Assembly (NCBI GenBank): GCA_963796805.1 | Contig: CAWCNG010000015.1 | Span: forward strand, 23,596-87,595 | DNA: 64,000 bases | DNA from: an uncultured Alphaproteobacteria bacterium | GTDB taxonomy: Bacteria; Pseudomonadota; Alphaproteobacteria; Rhodobacterales; Rhodobacteraceae | Direction of reading: 5' to 3' | Part shown: piece by piece, positions 60,876 through 64,000 of the stretch | Layout: each line of letters begins with the position of its first letter | Position numbering within the stretch: the first letter of the stretch is position 1 | Translations under genes and position numbers: made by a program | Notes under the pieces: model-generated | Told to the model about the DNA's origin: nothing | Databases searched by the model: none | Seen by the model: only the letters and a program-made list of their open reading frames with translations

Positions 60876-61864
60876 CAGATGCGGCGGCCTTCGCGGTCGA
60901 AGCGGTGCAGATGGGTCGGGTCGGGGGCGAGGTGGACGGGGGTGCCGCGCTGGAGGGCAGCCTGGCCGGGGAGGACGGCGAGCAGGCGCTGGCCGTCGGG
61001 CGTGGTGGCGTGGAGGACGGTCTCGGTGCCGAGGGCCTCGACGAGGCTGACCTCGGCGGCGATGGCGTCGGGCGTGTCGGGAGAGGCGAGGCGGAGGTGC
61101 TGGGGGCGGATGCCGGTGGTGGTGCCGTCGGGATGAGGGAGGAAGTTCATCGCCGGGGCGCCGATGAAGCCGGCGACGAAGCGGTTGGCCGGGCGGTTGA
61201 AGAGGGCGAGCGGGGTGTCGGCCTGCTCGACGCGGCCGGCGCGGAGGACGACGATGCGGTCGGCCAGCGTCATCGCCTCGATCTGGTCGTGGGTGACGTA
61301 GATCATGGTGGTGCCGAGGCGGGTGTGCAGGCTGGCGAGTTCGGCGCGCATGGAGACGCGGAGCTCGGCGTCGAGGTTGGAGAGCGGCTCGTCGAGGAGG
61401 AAGGCGACCGGGTTGCGCACGATGGCGCGGCCGATGGCGGTGCGCTGGCGCTGGCCGCCGGAGAGCTGGCCGGGGCGGCGCTCGAGCAGCGGCTCGATCT
61501 CGAGCATGCGGGCGGCGTCGGCGATGCGGCTCGCGATCTCGGCGCGGGGGAGGCGGGTGTTCTCCAGTCCGAAGGCGAGGTTCTGCCGCACGGTCATGTG
61601 CGGGTAGAGCGCGTAGGACTGGAAGACCATGGCGAGGCCGCGGTCGGCGGCGCCGGTCCGGGTGACGTCGCGGCCGTCGATGGCGATGTTGCCGGAGGTG
61701 GGGCGGTCGAGGCCGGAGATGAGGCGCAGCAACGTGGACTTGCCGCAGCCGGAGGGGCCGACGAAGACCACGAGCTCGCCATCGGCGATCTCGAGGGAGA
61801 CGTCGCGGATGACCTGCGTGGCGCCGAAGGACTTGTGGATGCGGGCGAGGGAAATGCGGGCCAT
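60875..61864 (-). CDS. Carbohydrate ABC transporter ATP-binding protein (MalK-like)
   Basis: GPSGCGKST, MVFQSYALYPHM, LSGGQRQR, LDEPLSNLD. Confidence 0.95.
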   Translation of the reverse strand: MARISLARIHKSFGATQVIRDVSLEIADGELVVFVGPSGCGKSTLLRLISGLDRPTSGNIAIDGRDVTRTGAADRGLAMVFQSYALYPHMTVRQNLAFGLENTRLPRAEIASRIADAARMLEIEPLLERRPGQLSGGQRQRTAIGRAIVRNPVAFLLDEPLSNLDAELRVSMRAELASLHTRLGTTMIYVTHDQIEAMTLADRIVVLRAGRVEQADTPLALFNRPANRFVAGFIGAPAMNFLPHPDGTTTGIRPQHLRLASPDTPDAIAAEVSLVEALGTETVLHATTPDGQRLLAVLPGQAALQRGTPVHLAPDPTHLHRFDREGRRI

Positions 61865-61974
61865 CAGCGGTCCTCCGGTGCCGTCTCGCGATGAGGGCGG
61901 CGGCCGCCCCGGGGGGGCGGGTCGGCCGCTGCCCGTGCCGAGGCACGGGCAAGAGGGTTCGGCTGGGCGCTCAT
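61864..61974 (-). other. 36-aa ORF translationally coupled at both ends (possible deletion scar)
   Basis: ATG overlaps the permease stop (ATGA) and TGA overlaps the ATPase ATG (TGATG); MSAQPNPLARASARAAADPPPRGGRRPHRETAPEDR. Confidence 0.5.
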
Positions 61975-63008
61975 TTGATCCCCGCGGAGGCTATGCCCGT
62001 CGTGATGAAGCGTTGCAGGAAGACGAAGACGAGCACCACCGGGATCATGGTCACGACGGTCATGGCGAGGATGTAGTGCCACTGGACGTTGAGCTCGCCG
62101 GCGTAGGTGTTGAGGCCGACCTGCAGGGTGTAGAGTTCCTTGCGGGAGAGCACGATCAGCGGCCAGAGGAAGTCGTTCCAGCGCCAGACCACGGAGAAGA
62201 TGGCGAGGACGGCGAGGGCGGGTGCCGTCAGCGGCAGGACGATGCGCCAGTAGATCTGCCATTCGGAGGCCTTGTCCATGCGGGCGGCGTCGAGGAGCTC
62301 GTCGGGGATGGTCAGCATGTACTGGCGGAGCAGGAAGACGCCGGTGGGGGTGGCGACGGTGGGCAGGATCACCCCCCAGAGCGAGTTGAAGAGGCCGAGG
62401 GCGGAGATGACCGAGTAGAGCGGGACGAGGATCACCGACAGCGGGATCATCAGGGTGGCGACGATCAGCAGCATCACCGCGCCGCGGCCGCGGAAGTCGT
62501 ATTTGGACAGGGCGAAGGCGGCCATGGAGTTGGTGAGAAGGGTGATGAGGGTGGCGGCGGCGGTCACGAAGACCGAGTTGCGCAGGTAGGTGACGAAGTC
62601 GAAGTGCAGGAACGGCTCGGTGTAGTTCGACCAGGCGAAGCCGATCGAGCGGACCGGGGTGCGGTCGGCGATGGGGATCTTGTGGACCTCGTCGGGGGCG
62701 GCGGGGTCGACCATCTGGGCGACGATGCCGACGCGGCGGAGCTCGGCCAGGGTGCGGGTGCTGCCGTCCGCGAAGGTGACGCGGTAGAGCGGCTTTTCCT
62801 CGCCGTTCACGCTCGCGGTCTGGGCGACGTAGGGGAGGAGCGTGGGCGGGAACTGGGCGAGCTGCTGGGGCGACTTGAAGGAGGAAGCGACGAGCCAGAG
62901 GGCGGGGCCGAACACGACGAGGAGCCCGCCGATGAGCCAGGTCCAGGTAACGATGTCGGTCCAGTGCCAGCCGCTGCCGCCGCGGCGGCGGGTGAGGAAG
63001 GCGATCAT
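61971..63008 (-). CDS. Carbohydrate ABC transporter permease (CUT1)
   Basis: IPDELLDAARMD, WRWNDFLWP. Confidence 0.92.
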   Translation of the reverse strand: MIAFLTRRRGGSGWHWTDIVTWTWLIGGLLVVFGPALWLVASSFKSPQQLAQFPPTLLPYVAQTASVNGEEKPLYRVTFADGSTRTLAELRRVGIVAQMVDPAAPDEVHKIPIADRTPVRSIGFAWSNYTEPFLHFDFVTYLRNSVFVTAAATLITLLTNSMAAFALSKYDFRGRGAVMLLIVATLMIPLSVILVPLYSVISALGLFNSLWGVILPTVATPTGVFLLRQYMLTIPDELLDAARMDKASEWQIYWRIVLPLTAPALAVLAIFSVVWRWNDFLWPLIVLSRKELYTLQVGLNTYAGELNVQWHYILAMTVVTMIPVVLVFVFLQRFITTGIASAGIK

Positions 63009-63991
63009 CGGCGTTCGCTCCGCCGGGCGAGGCCGAGCTGGATGAGGGTGAGGACGACGAGGACGGCGCCCATCAGGATCGAGGCGGCGGCGGCGAGGCC
63101 GGGATTGCGCAGGAGCGAGGCGAAGCCGATCTCGTAGATGTACTGGGTGAGGAACATGGTGGAGGTGCCCGGGCCGCCGCCGGTCAGCACGTAGGCCTCG
63201 TCGAAGATCTGCACGGCGCGGATCAGCGCGAGGACGATGACGACGAGGAGGTTGGGCAGGAGCAGCGGCAGGGTGATGCGGAGGAAGACCCTGGCGGGGC
63301 GGGTGCCGTCCATCTCGGCGGCTTCGTAGAGGTCCTTGGGGATCGCCTGCAGGCCGGCGAGAAGGATGAGGGCGTAAAAGCCCATGTGCGCCCAGACCGA
63401 GACGCCGACCGCGGCGGCGAAGGCGGTGCTGCGCTCGGTCAGCCAGTTCACCGTCTCGAAGCCGAGGGTGTCGAGGAGCCAGTTGAGCAGGCCCTGGCGC
63501 TGCAGGATCCAGCGCCAGATGAGGCCGACGACGACGGGCGAGAGAAGGACGGGGAAGAAGAAGACGGCGCGCCAGAAGCTGCGGGCGCGCAGGTCGCGGT
63601 TGAGGATGAGGGCGGTGACCATGGCCGCGGCGGTCATCAGCGTGACCTGCAGGAGCACGAAGCGGGCGGTGTTCCAGACGGCGGTCCAGAACTTGTCGTC
63701 GCGGCAGGTCATCGGGTCGAGGTGGTTCTGGCAGTCGATCAGGCGGGCGTAGTGCTGGGCGCCGACGAAGGAGCGGTCGGAGAGGAAGAGGGCGTTCCCG
63801 CCGGAGACCGAGTAGGCGAAGTTGGTCAGCATCGGGAAGAGGACGAAGACGCCGAAGATCGCCATGTTGGGCAGCAGGAAGAAGGCGATCATGCCGCGCT
63901 GGCCGGTCCGGCGCTGCAGCGCGCGGAGCGGGGGGTCGAGGAGGCGGGCGGCGGCCGCGATCGGCGCGGTGATGGCCTGGCCTGGGGTCAT
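63005..63991 (-). CDS. Carbohydrate ABC transporter permease (CUT1)
   Basis: LAGLQAIPKDLYEAAEMDG, LTGGGPG. Confidence 0.92.
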   Translation of the reverse strand: MTPGQAITAPIAAAARLLDPPLRALQRRTGQRGMIAFFLLPNMAIFGVFVLFPMLTNFAYSVSGGNALFLSDRSFVGAQHYARLIDCQNHLDPMTCRDDKFWTAVWNTARFVLLQVTLMTAAAMVTALILNRDLRARSFWRAVFFFPVLLSPVVVGLIWRWILQRQGLLNWLLDTLGFETVNWLTERSTAFAAAVGVSVWAHMGFYALILLAGLQAIPKDLYEAAEMDGTRPARVFLRITLPLLLPNLLVVIVLALIRAVQIFDEAYVLTGGGPGTSTMFLTQYIYEIGFASLLRNPGLAAAASILMGAVLVVLTLIQLGLARRSERR

Positions 63992-64000
63992 GGCGTCCCC

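Overview
Very GC-rich alphaproteobacterial chromosome segment, most likely Rhodobacterales (Amaricoccus-like; inferred from gene content such as DUF3572/pleD, murA-DUF2948-hisD-UPF0262, erpA/dgt). 1-8650 is an accessory region: an inositol-type catabolic cluster with a LacI regulator, a complete IS21, an IS5 fragment, and remnants of a tartrate operon (ttuC/ttuD), a pRiA4b ORF-3 gene and an MmeI/YeeA-like DNA methyltransferase. The rest is mostly housekeeping (erpA, dgt, pleD, rpmG, mepA, argG, sbmA/bacA, cpdB, ilvA, galE, hisD, murA, three tRNAs), two sugar ABC systems and an IS256. Many genes, including rpmG and hisD, carry single-base frameshifts (densest at 25.5-32.3 kb), probably assembly indels. 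Most unusual observations: (1) three tandem ~315-bp hairpin-rich non-coding units with compensatory base changes at 58.5-60.9 kb, interrupted by IS256; (2) a dispersed family of 11-bp-period micro-arrays (consensus AYGYACAWCGC) at five intergenic sites, all in one orientation and sharing flanking motifs; (3) a cNMP-binding + DUF924 + 1-Cys peroxiredoxin fusion; (4) an orphan mhpF cassette bounded by a ~150-bp duplication of the dgt 3' end; (5) a ~620-bp att-bounded vestige at tRNA-Thr(CGT). No CRISPR array, prophage or intact defence system was recognised. All family calls come from motif recognition by eye; no database searches were run.
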